Counted from the first letter of the stretch, positions 1 to 9,451 are shown. The stretch is DNA of 64,000 bases from Candidatus Bathyarchaeia archaeon (GCA_049516875.1 JBEKSS010000012.1:1-64000); one strand, 5' to 3'. The notes: generated from the sequence alone by a model not told the origin. Translations and numbers: made by a program.

Positions 1-6
1 CCAGAT

Positions 7-327
7 TTGGAAGTGGATTCTGCAGGGACAAAAATTACAGGTAAAATCACAAAGGAAGCAAGAGAATACTTGATGTCAGAAGATGCTATACAGTATCTTA
101 AGAAGACACCTGAAAGCATTGACAACAAACAATTGGAGCAGTATGATATTATTATTGCTATGGAACAGAGACACAGAGACTCAGTCTTAAAGAAATGTCC
201 TGAATGCAAAAATAAAGTAGTTGTTTGGGATGTTCGAGATAAGATTCCCTTTTTGCATAGACGGACCGAGAAGATTAACAATCAGATTAAAAAGAATGTC
301 ACCGAATATGCAGGGTCATTAGCATAA
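7..327 (+). CDS. Low-molecular-weight phosphatase/ArsC-like protein, 5' end cut by the window edge
   Basis: VDSAGT ... YDIIIAME..HRD ... VWDV.D pattern of the LMWPc family; the P-loop would lie upstream of base 1. Confidence 0.75.
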   Translation: MEVDSAGTKITGKITKEAREYLMSEDAIQYLKKTPESIDNKQLEQYDIIIAMEQRHRDSVLKKCPECKNKVVVWDVRDKIPFLHRRTEKINNQIKKNVTEYAGSLA

Positions 328-411
328 AGACTCACCCGATCGATCGATAGTCGGTAGTCATTTGTTAATCAAAAAAACGGTTGGAAATCTCCAAGTCGGC
401 TTGGTTGATTG

Positions 412-1077
412 CTATTTTTTCTGCGCATAGATGGACTCTGTCTTGCAGCCTATTCTTTTCCCTTCATGGATTAAATACGCGTATATGGTGTAGTACCCTG
501 TTTCCTTTGGTGTAAACTCAGCGGAGTAGCGGGCTTCTTCTCCAACGGAAAGTTCCTTTATATTCATTTTTGCCTGCTCTTCAAGCTTTCCTGAGGGGGG
601 TTCCACCCAGAATTCCAGTTTGAGACCTGTACTTTTTTCCAAGCCCTTAATGGTTGCCTCGGCTTCGAGGGCCTTTCCAATTGCCGCATACGGGTTTGAA
701 AGCACTAGTAAACGTTCGATTTCTGCTTTTTCCTCGCTTACATGGATATGTGTCCAACCGGATTCCCACCAGAAGAAGTCTCCACCAAACTTACGTCCAG
801 TGATAGTGGTGTATACATCAGCTGATCCGTATGCGTTAACCCGGAAAACCAATTCTTTCTCTTCATTTGGCTTAAGCTCTGTGAGATAATGTCCTTGATA
901 TATATAGGGAAGAGAAAGATAGAAGGTGTCTAAAGAGTGCAATTGCACGTCAAGTTTTTTAAGAGTTTCCTTTCCTATGTTTTTCAGTTTCAATGTTAAC
1001 CATTGTATTCCTTTGTCTATCTCCGTAGGATTGAATTCATACTCAATAGGGTGCTTATATCTCAACACTTTTTTCAC
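412..1077 (-). CDS. Hypothetical protein with two Ig-like/CARDB-like beta-sandwich segments
   Basis: 221 aa ORF, GGAG directly before the GTG; LKLKNIG..ELKPNEEKEL and FTPKETGYYTI motifs. Confidence 0.65.
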   Translation of the reverse strand: MKKVLRYKHPIEYEFNPTEIDKGIQWLTLKLKNIGKETLKKLDVQLHSLDTFYLSLPYIYQGHYLTELKPNEEKELVFRVNAYGSADVYTTITGRKFGGDFFWWESGWTHIHVSEEKAEIERLLVLSNPYAAIGKALEAEATIKGLEKSTGLKLEFWVEPPSGKLEEQAKMNIKELSVGEEARYSAEFTPKETGYYTIYAYLIHEGKRIGCKTESIYAQKK

Positions 1078-1325
1078 CTCCTTTCATCTTGTAAATTTAC
1101 TCCACTCGCTTTCGCGGGACCATCTGTTCAAACGCGTCACTACTAATTAAATTCGCACCTAAACCCAAATAGTGGGCGTTCACTCAATCAACTTGGTCAT
1201 TAGCGCGCGCGAGATATCTCCATTCTGTTGAGACTGCAAAGCCGATGGGTTACCTGAAACCGAAGACTAAGACGAAAAAAGAGGGTTTTGGTATGGGTTT
1301 TGGCATAAATTACAGTCTGTGAAGG

Positions 1326-1493
1326 CTATCTTTTGTCTCCACTCAAGACATGTCTTCCAGTCAACAGTCGATATACTATTACAATCACGGCAATCACAAG
1401 CAGTATATGTATCAATTCGTTGAAACCAGTAGCAAATAAACCCAGTGCCCACAATATCACGAGAATAACAACAATCGTCCAGAACCAGTCCAT
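1326..1493 (-). CDS. lmo0937/DUF5670-like small membrane protein, 55 aa (not in ORF track)
   Basis: Hand translation MDWFWTIVVILVILWALGLFATGFNELIHILLVIAVIVIVYRLLTGRHVLSGDKR; LIHILLVIA signature; starts 14 nt after the PRC-barrel stop. Confidence 0.85.
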   Translation of the reverse strand: MDWFWTIVVILVILWALGLFATGFNELIHILLVIAVIVIVYRLLTGRHVLSGDKR

Positions 1494-1507
1494 AGCAAAC
1501 GCCCCAA

Positions 1508-1804
1508 CTAAGTCTCAACTACTGGTCTTAGGTACATGTGAAGTTGGTCTTTTGATACTTTTAGGTGTAGTCCCTTCTCCGTCCAGCGTGCAATCCCTTT
1601 CTCTAGGGCTGAAGTGGCTAACATGTTTCGTACTCCGCCTTTCTTTGCGCCAAGCACAGATTCAGCTACATCCTTGGTCAATTCGAGTTCAAGATGAGTT
1701 ACTTTCCAATTTTCTGGGTCTATTCCGATTTCTTTGACTTGGCCGATTTTTTCGTCTAACGCATAGACATCTTTGTCCATAAACTCTTTGCTTTTCATGC
1801 TCAT
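1508..1804 (-). CDS. PRC-barrel domain protein
   Basis: KDVY...KIGQVKEIGIDPENWKVTHL pattern; GGAGG SD. Confidence 0.85.
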   Translation of the reverse strand: MSMKSKEFMDKDVYALDEKIGQVKEIGIDPENWKVTHLELELTKDVAESVLGAKKGGVRNMLATSALEKGIARWTEKGLHLKVSKDQLHMYLRPVVET

Positions 1805-1937
1805 TTTTCCCTCCTTTTTGAAAATAAATTATTTGAAGCACATGTTTTAAGCTTTTTGGCTTAGGTGCTCCTGATAGAATGCCTAGAAGATGAACCGTGT
1901 CATGCAATCAGACGACATCGGAAGAAATGTGGCGCGC

Positions 1938-2097
1938 ATCTGTTTTCTTCTTCTGAAGAGCATATATCCATTGTGAGAGCAGATGTACTCGAAGCCTACC
2001 GCTATCAGCTTCTGGGCTTCTACGCTACTTGCTACAGCCGAGCAATACTCGTCTCCTTCAAACTCTAGAATTTGAACGTAGTCTATGCCGATCTTCA
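1938..2097 (-). pseudogene. C-terminal remnant of an archaeal tyrosine integrase
   Basis: YVQILEFEGDEYCSAVA..EAQKLIAVGFEYICSHNGYMLFRRRK resembles the tail of Bathyarchaeia/Nitrososphaeria integrases as recalled; catalytic core absent. Confidence 0.7.
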
Positions 2098-2106
2098 CGC
2101 GCGCGC

Positions 2107-2265
2107 TCAAAGGAAGTATAAGGTGATGAGAGTAACTCCAACACCAGCTCGTATAACTCTTATTAGATGTTCTTGACGTGTCTGCTTGCGGTATTCGAAT
2201 ATGCTGTAGAGTCCATCAATGACTAAATATATGCCAATTCCCACGATAACTATCGCAAATTTCAT
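2107..2265 (-). CDS. Small 2-TM membrane protein, 52 aa (not in ORF track)
   Basis: MKFAIVIVGIGIYLVIDGLYSIFEYRKQTRQEHLIRVIRAGVGVTLITLYFL; GAGGTGA SD. Confidence 0.7.
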   Translation of the reverse strand: MKFAIVIVGIGIYLVIDGLYSIFEYRKQTRQEHLIRVIRAGVGVTLITLYFL

Positions 2266-2704
2266 GTTCTCACCTCGAGTGGACTATACCTAGCATTTGC
2301 TGTAGAGTTATTTATGTAAATAGTTGTCCAAGTATCCGTATTTTGAGTTGTTCCATTCGCTTTACTGCTTATTCAGGACTTTTGCGAGTGTGTTAATAGT
2401 TTTAGCGACTTTCAGCGCGCGCCGGGTTTCATGCTAGCGCTCTGAAATCCATTGGAACAAGAGTTATGTGCAAGATTGCCATTGCCTTATCAAGGTATAT
2501 CGGAAATTTCGAAAAGTCCGATTAATAATAAGGGCTTCGGGAGAAATGCAGCCCGCACGTCCATTGTTTCCATCAGAGGCGTTGTATATCCTTAAAGTAA
2601 TCGTTTTGAATGAAGAAATGGTCTGTGCGGGCTGCGGCAAAAATTTTATATAAGAGTTTCCGAAGTTACTTGTAGATAAAAAGAGCCAAAATTTTGGGAG
2701 AACT

Positions 2705-2998
2705 ATGTCAATTCCACCTGAGATCGCCTGGCTAATCCCGGTTGTCCTGCCATTCATCATAGGCTTGCTGGTAGGTGCTATAGTCAAGAAAGGTTTCAAA
2801 CTTCTGATAGCCGTTGTCGCACTCATCATAGTACTCGTCGCGACCGGGATCCTGAGCTTGACCTTCACCGGCCTTTTCGATGATGCCATGAAGTTTTTGC
2901 CTAAGCTCTACGATGTCGGAAGTGGATGGCTCAACGTCTTACCTTATTCTTCCGTTGCATTCCTGATAGGCCTCGCGCTGGGATTTCTGTTTGCGTGA
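2705..2998 (+). CDS. FUN14-like small membrane protein
   Basis: IIGLLVGAIVKKGFKLL...FLIGLALG; upstream TTTATATA box. Confidence 0.7.
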   Translation: MSIPPEIAWLIPVVLPFIIGLLVGAIVKKGFKLLIAVVALIIVLVATGILSLTFTGLFDDAMKFLPKLYDVGSGWLNVLPYSSVAFLIGLALGFLFA

Positions 2999-3161
2999 AG
3001 TTAGACGCCGCGCGCGCCTCCGAAAAGAATCTTAAGATATTTATAAATGGGAATTTAGACTATTATCTGAGTAATCGGCACCGTGTTTTTCCTGAGGATC
3101 CATCGTGGCAGAAGAATCAAATGAGCTAGTTGAGACGCATCTTTAGATTGGAGGTGAAAGA

Positions 3162-3320
3162 ATGCCTGAAAAAAAGGAAAAGAAGGGCAAAGCTGAAGAG
3201 GCTGCAGAGAAAACCGGAGAAGCAATCGGGAAAGGCCTTAAGAAAGGTTTTGGAGTTGTGAAGGGTGTTGGGAAGGGAATAAAGGAAGGGGTTAAGGGAG
3301 AAGAAAAGAAGAAAGACTGA
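3162..3320 (+). CDS. Lys/Gly/Glu-rich 52-aa protein, LEA/CsbD-like composition (not in ORF track)
   Basis: MPEKKEKKGKAEEAAEKTGEAIGKGLKKGFGVVKGVGKGIKEGVKGEEKKKD; GGAGGTGA SD. Confidence 0.75.
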   Translation: MPEKKEKKGKAEEAAEKTGEAIGKGLKKGFGVVKGVGKGIKEGVKGEEKKKD

Positions 3321-3383
3321 TTTCCTTCTCAACAATAGACATAGACTTCGAACCAGCGCGCTTGGTCTTATTCTGGCATAATG

Positions 3384-3398
3384 TTTAGCGCGCGCTAA
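3384..3398. repeat. TTTAGCGCGCGCTAA, copy 1 (contains a 14-bp palindrome)
   Basis: Identical to 3712-3726. Confidence 0.95.
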
Positions 3399-3442
3399 CT
3401 CATGCAGATGCAGAAGTTCGAAAAAAGAGAAAGTGTGGGTTT

Positions 3443-3634
3443 CTAGGTTGTGTAGTCTTTTGTTTCTGCTTTGAAAGCATTTTCCTTGACTGATGCTATT
3501 CCTTTTTGGCATCCCTCTTTTGATTCGTACCCTTGGCTTTCCGCTATGATCTCCCCATTTTGAGCTCTAAGTCTGAACCTGAATTTTCCTACCGAATCTT
3601 TGAATATTTCAAAACGTTCTCCTGCCAATTTCAC
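3443..3634 (-). CDS. YegP/DUF1508 family protein
   Basis: FEIFKD..GKFRFRLRAQNGEIIAESQGY.SK..C..GI.SVKENA. Confidence 0.9.
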   Translation of the reverse strand: MKLAGERFEIFKDSVGKFRFRLRAQNGEIIAESQGYESKEGCQKGIASVKENAFKAETKDYTT

Positions 3635-3711
3635 ACCTCTTTCATTCTTGGTCTCAGTTTGTGAAAACTTCTATTTATAAATTTCCATCCGTCAATGTTC
3701 AAGCAATCCAC

Positions 3712-3726
3712 TTTAGCGCGCGCTAA
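3712..3726. repeat. TTTAGCGCGCGCTAA, copy 2
   Basis: Identical to 3384-3398. Confidence 0.95.
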
Positions 3727-3946
3727 TGTTAAACTCTGCTATTCTCCAATCTGCGACCACGCTCTGCCAAGTATGATAATCACTGGAACCAAGATGTCGA
3801 CGAGCCAATCCGGTGGTCCCATCTGCCCCAACAACCCTGAATAAGCCATGAAACCTATAGCGCGGCGGCAGATTCTATCTTTTGAAGCTGATTTCAGACA
3901 AATTTTTTATATTGGTTCCTCTCATCTGAAGGGGCAAGGTGGAAGC

Positions 3947-4312
3947 ATGGGAAGTCTGTGGCTGGGAGCTTTCGTTGGCTTTCTCATAACGCTGGTTCTT
4001 GGCTGGGTATTTCCGGGAATTGGACACCTGATAGGCGGGTTCATTGGCGGGTTCGTGGCAGGACTCATAGCCGGAGGCATGGGTAAAGGAGCGTTAGCCG
4101 GTTTCCTCGCGGGAATATTCGGCGGGATTATCATCGCAGTACTACTAGTAGCAGGTTTAACGGTGGCAGGTGGAGTAGCGGGTGGGGCGCAAGGCGGAAT
4201 TTTTGGGTTCCTGTCAGGAGCAGCCCTTGGAATCGCAGTGATTATCTTGGCTGCCTTCGGCGCAATCGCCTCAACGATAGGCGGACTAATAGGCGGACTG
4301 CTCACAAGATAG
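3947..4312 (+). CDS. Gly-rich membrane protein (DUF5518-like)
   Basis: IGGFIGGFVAG...GALAGFLAGIFGG; ATG at 3947 preferred over 3848. Confidence 0.75.
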   Translation: MGSLWLGAFVGFLITLVLGWVFPGIGHLIGGFIGGFVAGLIAGGMGKGALAGFLAGIFGGIIIAVLLVAGLTVAGGVAGGAQGGIFGFLSGAALGIAVIILAAFGAIASTIGGLIGGLLTR

Positions 4313-4430
4313 AAAATTCCCCCATTTTTTCGGTTCAGAAGAGCGCACGCTGCAAGTGAAATTGCCGTTACTCGAAGCCGCGCTAGGTTTAAGTATATTA
4401 TTCCAGTTTTCTATTGTCAATGTGGTTCCA

Positions 4431-5210
4431 ATGACAGTCAGCAATGTGTCCGCAGTTGAGCTAACAGGGGTTGTGAAACGTTATGGCGAGATTTTGGCCG
4501 TGGATAACCTTAATCTGAGCATCAAGTCAGCGGAGGTCTTCGGCCTGTTGGGGCCGAACGGCTCGGGCAAGTCAACGAGTCTAAAGATGCTTCTGGGTCT
4601 GGTTCAGCCTGACTTCGGCTCGGTTAATGTTCTGGGGATCGATGTGCAGAAAGACCCGGTTGCTGTGAAGCGGCTGGTCGGTTATGTTCCAGAATCTCCG
4701 CGTCTGTACGAGTTCTTGACTGGAATCGAGTATCTGGATTTCATAGGCGACGTGTACGGCATGCAGACTGAGGAGAAGAAGGCTAGAATCAACGAGTATT
4801 TGAAGGCGCTCGAGCTTGAAGGCAGGGAGGGCGACATGATAAGCAGCTACTCTGAGGGGATGAAACAGAAGATAGCGTTGATTTCGGCTTTTCTGCACAG
4901 GCCAAAGCTGCTGATCCTTGATGAGCCGCTGAGCGGCTTGGACCCTCGGTCCGCACGAATCGTCAAAGACTTCTTGCATGAACTGAAGGGGCAGGGGGTG
5001 ACCACGATAATGTCGACTCACGTTCTTGAGATTGCTCAGGCTTTGTGCGATCGCATAGCCATCATGTACCACGGAAGGCTTCTCGCCCTGGGTTCGATGG
5101 GCGAGCTGAGGCAAATGGCGAGACTGCCCGACTCGGGCTTAGAGGACATTTTCCTGAAACTGACCGGCACAGGCGATATAAGAGCCGTCGTTGAGGAACT
5201 GCTGAAATGA
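4431..5210 (+). CDS. ABC-2 type transporter ATP-binding protein
   Basis: GPNGSGKS Walker A, YSEGMKQK signature, LILDEP Walker B; start at 4431 inferred. Confidence 0.95.
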   Translation: MTVSNVSAVELTGVVKRYGEILAVDNLNLSIKSAEVFGLLGPNGSGKSTSLKMLLGLVQPDFGSVNVLGIDVQKDPVAVKRLVGYVPESPRLYEFLTGIEYLDFIGDVYGMQTEEKKARINEYLKALELEGREGDMISSYSEGMKQKIALISAFLHRPKLLILDEPLSGLDPRSARIVKDFLHELKGQGVTTIMSTHVLEIAQALCDRIAIMYHGRLLALGSMGELRQMARLPDSGLEDIFLKLTGTGDIRAVVEELLK

Positions 5211-6886
5211 ACTGGAAAAACGTGGCGCACCTGATTCGCGTGGACATGAGGTCGGGTAGGCTTCTCAGAGGACGAAGACTTACGAGATATCGCGAGCATC
5301 GGCTCTTCAACTACCTGGCTTATGGTGGAGCGCTGGTCTTGGGGCTGGTGATCGGCGGACTGGTGGGAGTCTACTACGCGTCTGCAGCGGCGACTATCCC
5401 GGATTTTGAGTCGTTGGTGAAGGATGCAATGCAGAGTCTTCTTCTCTCGTTGCCGACGATTATTCTGATTTACGGTGTGGTTCTGACGATGCTGCAGCAG
5501 ATTCAGCGTAGCGGGGCCAAGTTTTCGGTTCAGGCACAGTATTGGCTGCCAATCACGTGGGAGGAACACACGCTGGCGTCTGTGTTGGCTAGCATGTTGG
5601 GCATGACACTCATTACGATAGTGTTTCTTGCGTCAACGGTCATCGTGTTCTCGACTTTCACGGGGCAAGTTGTCCAGGCTGTATCGTCTGCGCTTGGCAT
5701 GTGTGCGGCTGCTTTCATGGCCAGCGTCATCACGGAGATTCTTAGGATTCTGCAGATGAGGTTCGTGGGTGCGGTCTACAAGTCCACGGGTCGAGCGGCG
5801 GTGTGGGTGAGGTTTGTAGGCTCTCTGGCGTTCTTCCTCGTGTTCTACATCATTTATTTCTACCTTATTTCAGGCGTGGGTGGTGTAACGTTCTTGCAAA
5901 ATGTTGCTTCTGCGCAGAGTGTGGTCTGGTTCGTGCCGTTCGTGTGGTTGGCTATGACGCTTTACTCTTTTATGAATGGACTGTTGCTGCAGGCACTGGC
6001 CTTCTTGGCCCTTTCTCTCTTGTTCATCTTCGCCCTGTTCTACCTGGCCACGTTGCTCAACAGGAGGTTCGGGTTGTATGAGCCTCCGGCGATAACGGTG
6101 TCGCATGGACTGTACGCGCCCAGAACGGGCTTCCTCGGCAGACTCGGGTTCTCCACGGTCGAAGCGGCACTGATAAGAAAGGATCTCAAGGCGTTCACGC
6201 GTCGAAGAGAGCTGATGACAATCTTCATACTGCCGATAGTTTTCATCATAGCTCCGCTGATGCAGTCTCTTGGCACGAAGGGAACATCAGCCTCGTCTGC
6301 ATCTTCGCCGTACTTTTTTGCCTTCATTTTTCTGTTGCCAGCCTCTGCTATGGCTGTTTTCGTGGGCAGCTTCATGACGGGCGAAGAAGGCCAGGCTGTG
6401 TGGCGAATATACTCTTCTCCCATCTCAGCCAAGAACCTGGTGAAGAGCAAGTACTTCATTGTCATCCTTTTCTCAATTCTGGTACTGGCAGTCACTGGAA
6501 TCGTCGGATTCCTCATCCTGCACCCATCCTTGAAGGCTGTTCTTGTAAGCCTGGTCGAATCAGTTTTCCTGGTTTTCGCCTTAGGTTCTCTTTCATTGTC
6601 AATCGGGATAAAGGGAGCCGACTTCACCGAAGTGCCCAGGCCTCGAATGATACGCACCCTCTGGAATTTCCTGAACCTAGCAGCGTGTTTCGTAACAGCC
6701 ATAATAATATTGACCCCCTTTGTGCCCTACATGCTCTCAACGTTCCTTCCCGGCCTAACGGGACCACTCATAGACCTCTACACAGCACTTGTCCTCAGCG
6801 CAATAATCTCGGTTGTCTCAACTCTGATCTTCTATCAAATCGCCGTCAAAAACGCAAGAGAACTCTTAACAAGAGCAGAAATATGA
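5207..6886 (+). CDS. ABC-2 type exporter permease
   Basis: 559 aa multi-TM protein, ATGA overlap with the ATPase, LIRKDLKAF.R motif. Confidence 0.85.
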   Translation: MNWKNVAHLIRVDMRSGRLLRGRRLTRYREHRLFNYLAYGGALVLGLVIGGLVGVYYASAAATIPDFESLVKDAMQSLLLSLPTIILIYGVVLTMLQQIQRSGAKFSVQAQYWLPITWEEHTLASVLASMLGMTLITIVFLASTVIVFSTFTGQVVQAVSSALGMCAAAFMASVITEILRILQMRFVGAVYKSTGRAAVWVRFVGSLAFFLVFYIIYFYLISGVGGVTFLQNVASAQSVVWFVPFVWLAMTLYSFMNGLLLQALAFLALSLLFIFALFYLATLLNRRFGLYEPPAITVSHGLYAPRTGFLGRLGFSTVEAALIRKDLKAFTRRRELMTIFILPIVFIIAPLMQSLGTKGTSASSASSPYFFAFIFLLPASAMAVFVGSFMTGEEGQAVWRIYSSPISAKNLVKSKYFIVILFSILVLAVTGIVGFLILHPSLKAVLVSLVESVFLVFALGSLSLSIGIKGADFTEVPRPRMIRTLWNFLNLAACFVTAIIILTPFVPYMLSTFLPGLTGPLIDLYTALVLSAIISVVSTLIFYQIAVKNARELLTRAEI

Positions 6887-6976
6887 TCTTGTGTCCCATC
6901 GGTAGCGCGCCCATGGAAATAAGCTGCAAGATACTTATAGGCACTCAATAAGCTTATCTGAACGTATTGAAGACGT

Positions 6977-7252
6977 ATGGGCAGTATCATTCTGACAGGT
7001 TGGACGATTCTGAAGCATGAAACCTATGCTGGGAACAAGTTCGGAAAGAGACAATACATCAATGAAACAAAGAACAGAGAATTTCTGGATCGTCTTAGAC
7101 GTCATTTTGAGACTAAAGTAACCATTCCTCAAACACGACGGGGAGAACATCAGGAGATTGAAACTCTAATCACTGAAGAAACCTTCCTGTTCGCCAAATA
7201 CCTGAGGGGTGAAAAACCAAGTTGGAATCCGAGAATCGCAGAGCTGGCGTAG
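6977..7252 (+). pseudogene. C-terminal remnant of a Cas1-family (solo/casposase-like) protein
   Basis: GKRQYIN...FETKVTIP..RRG..QEIETLI.EE..LFAKYLRGEKPSWNPRI resembles the recalled C-terminus of bathyarchaeial solo Cas1. Confidence 0.6.
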
Positions 7253-7452
7253 GTGGTTCCCATGAGAATACGGATTCCTCCCAGAAAAATACGGGAGGCA
7301 AGTATTTTTCGTGTATTCGGTGAAACAAAGAGAGAAAAAGGTCATTCAAGACAAGGAAGTAATAGAAGAAATTAGAAAAGAAATAGGAAAGTTCTCAAGA
7401 CAACCCGATGCTCTTTCCCAGGGCAAATGCGCTCCTCTTTAACCGCTGATCT

Positions 7453-8472
7453 CTACTTAAGCAAAAAAATCTCAGTAGGGTCAATTTGGTCTCGGGAAAG
7501 AAGTTGGGGAATATTCTCTTCCTGGATGCCTGACAACATAAGCTCGTTTATCCCTTGATCAAACGCGTTTTTTATGCTCCTTTCTGATGACAGAGCCAAA
7601 TAGAAAGCAGAAGAGAAAGCGATAGCAGCTTCATCGCTTATGGTCGAAGACATGCCGATTACACAATCAATGTGCTGATTTATTGCAAGCGCTTGTTCAA
7701 GTGAAAAGCATGCGTTCAGAACTATACAACGCACATTGTCCTTAAGAGTTTCAAATACTCTCGCCAATGCATCTGGAGGGATAGTTACAGGGTTTCCAAT
7801 TTTATCTTCAAGGATTATTCTGCCTTCACTTGTTCCATGTCCACTAAAATGAACAATCGTTGGTCTCTCTTGGTTCAGATATAATTGAAGGTCACCCACT
7901 CTTACAGCACCTTTCTTAATTAGAACAAGCTGATCTTTCTTTTGAGCCAAAAGGATTTTATGTTCTATTTCTCTAACTTCCTCGTCAAGCCTTAAGCTGA
8001 CAGTGCTTTTGGGGTTTGCAGCAAGAAAGAGAATTCTAATTTTCTTTTCTGCTTTCTTGGGAGTTGGATGCGTAGTACCTTTTGTTTTCAGAGTTTGGGG
8101 TAATTTTTCATATTTAGAAGAGCCTAGTTGCATCTTGATTTGAAATTTTTGCCTTGCAAGCTCATGAGTTACAAGGTACAAAATTCTCTCTTTGTGTAAA
8201 GAAAAGAAATCGTCTTTGAGATAAGTTAGTCTCCCTTTGATTTTTTGTTTTCCTATTATCTTAGCTTTGTAAAGAATAAGCGCCTCTTGAAGTACTCTGA
8301 TCGGTTCTATGCCAATTCTTGATGCGATTTCTTCTGCAGCCTTTCCGCTACTTTTTCCTCTATAAATCTCCTTGAATACCTCACGCCGATCTTCGGAGCG
8401 GCAAATTACATTAACTGCATGCATTATCTGTGCGTCGGCGTTAGACCTTACATCTGTTGTATTAATTACCAC
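7453..8472 (-). CDS. N-terminal winged-HTH plus C-terminal CHAT (caspase-like) protease
   Basis: ILFLAANP...LRLDEEVREI, VHFSGHG (His), VLNAC (Cys), F..AFY..L; N-terminal EEIASRIGIEPIRVLQE. Confidence 0.9.
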   Translation of the reverse strand: MVINTTDVRSNADAQIMHAVNVICRSEDRREVFKEIYRGKSSGKAAEEIASRIGIEPIRVLQEALILYKAKIIGKQKIKGRLTYLKDDFFSLHKERILYLVTHELARQKFQIKMQLGSSKYEKLPQTLKTKGTTHPTPKKAEKKIRILFLAANPKSTVSLRLDEEVREIEHKILLAQKKDQLVLIKKGAVRVGDLQLYLNQERPTIVHFSGHGTSEGRIILEDKIGNPVTIPPDALARVFETLKDNVRCIVLNACFSLEQALAINQHIDCVIGMSSTISDEAAIAFSSAFYLALSSERSIKNAFDQGINELMLSGIQEENIPQLLSRDQIDPTEIFLLK

Positions 8473-8677
8473 TTTGAGGCAAACCCTTCTTTTTCACTCC
8501 AGCAAACATTTTCACATTGGGGAACATGGCTCTGACGTGACTGGCACCCATTCCCGTAGCCATATCGATTTCCTCTGAGGGTGTTCCGTTTTTCAACAAT
8601 TGAAGAATAAGAAGGTTCCTTATAGATTGGAGTTCTCTCAACTCGTTCCTTTTCTTTCCTCGTTTTTCCTCGGTTAT
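8462..8677 (-). CDS. Small HTH-like protein C' (not in ORF track); ATA start at 8677 or TTG at 8641
   Basis: ITEEKRGKKRNELRELQSIRNLLILQLLKNGTPSEEIDMATGMGASHVRAMFPNVK...; paralogue of 8990-9178; AGGAGG SD. Confidence 0.8.
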   Translation of the reverse strand: MTEEKRGKKRNELRELQSIRNLLILQLLKNGTPSEEIDMATGMGASHVRAMFPNVKMFAGVKKKGLPQSGN

Positions 8678-8708
8678 CGATTTCTCCCTCCTTTCGTAGA
8701 TTATCAGC

Positions 8709-8993
8709 TCATTTCTGGACAGAGGATTTGTCTTCTAATTGAGCATCATCTTCAGGTTTTCTCTTTTTTTTGGGGTACAGATACGCGGAAACATCTGTTG
8801 CTGATTTCTTGCCCAGTATTTTTGCTATTTCTGTAGGAGTCAAGCCAACGGACTTTAGCAAACGTGCTACATCACCTTCGTTGAGTTTCCCCTTTTTGTT
8901 AGGTTTGTTCATCTCTATAAAGAGTCTAATTAATGCATCAAGTCTTCTGACTACGGCTTCATTCGTTGCAGCTTCATTTTGGTTTTTTGTCAT
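8709..8993 (-). CDS. Small HTH protein B'
   Basis: RRLDALIRL...LLKSVGLTPTEIAKILGK....VSAYL. Confidence 0.85.
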   Translation of the reverse strand: MTKNQNEAATNEAVVRRLDALIRLFIEMNKPNKKGKLNEGDVARLLKSVGLTPTEIAKILGKKSATDVSAYLYPKKKRKPEDDAQLEDKSSVQK

Positions 8994-9178
8994 GGTTCTT
9001 CTGCCTTCGATTTCTTTATTAGTTTCATCGGAAACTTCCCTCTTATCGTCATTTCAGGAATGCCTGTAGCTGTTTCGATTATTTCTGGGTCAACGCCCTC
9101 TTTCAAGAGTAAGATAATGAGGAGATTTTTTGTTGCTTCGCTATTTTCAACTTCTTTTTTCTTTGACATTTTGTTCAC
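8990..9178 (-). CDS. Small HTH-like protein C
   Basis: KNLLIILLLKEGVDPEIIETATGIPEMTIRGKFP; overlaps both neighbours. Confidence 0.8.
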   Translation of the reverse strand: MNKMSKKKEVENSEATKNLLIILLLKEGVDPEIIETATGIPEMTIRGKFPMKLIKKSKAEEP

Positions 9179-9426
9179 TATTGTCCCTGCTCATTCTTGC
9201 CCACTTCAGGTTCAATTTGCTGCACAGGTTCAGGCTCTATTTTCTTGTTTTTTGTTCCTTTTATCTTGGAAACAGATATTAATCGCTCAATCGTTTTTTC
9301 GCTAACCTCCAAAGCTTCAGCAATTTCCTTTCTTGTTAAACCTGACCTTACAAGCAAAATCACAGTTATGAGATCTAATCTTTTGACTATTTTGTCAAGT
9401 CTTTCGTTCAAGAACTTGTCGCTCAT
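9178..9426 (-). CDS. Small HTH protein B
   Basis: KRLDLITVILL..SGLTRKEIAEALEVSEKTIER. Confidence 0.85.
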   Translation of the reverse strand: MSDKFLNERLDKIVKRLDLITVILLVRSGLTRKEIAEALEVSEKTIERLISVSKIKGTKNKKIEPEPVQQIEPEVGKNEQGQ

Positions 9427-9451
9427 TGTTTATCTTGCACTTCCTCATGCT

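Noticed and set aside
1267-1737. ORFs 1267-1518 (-) and 1333-1737 (+)
   Set aside because: Alternative frames of the lmo0937-like and PRC-barrel genes
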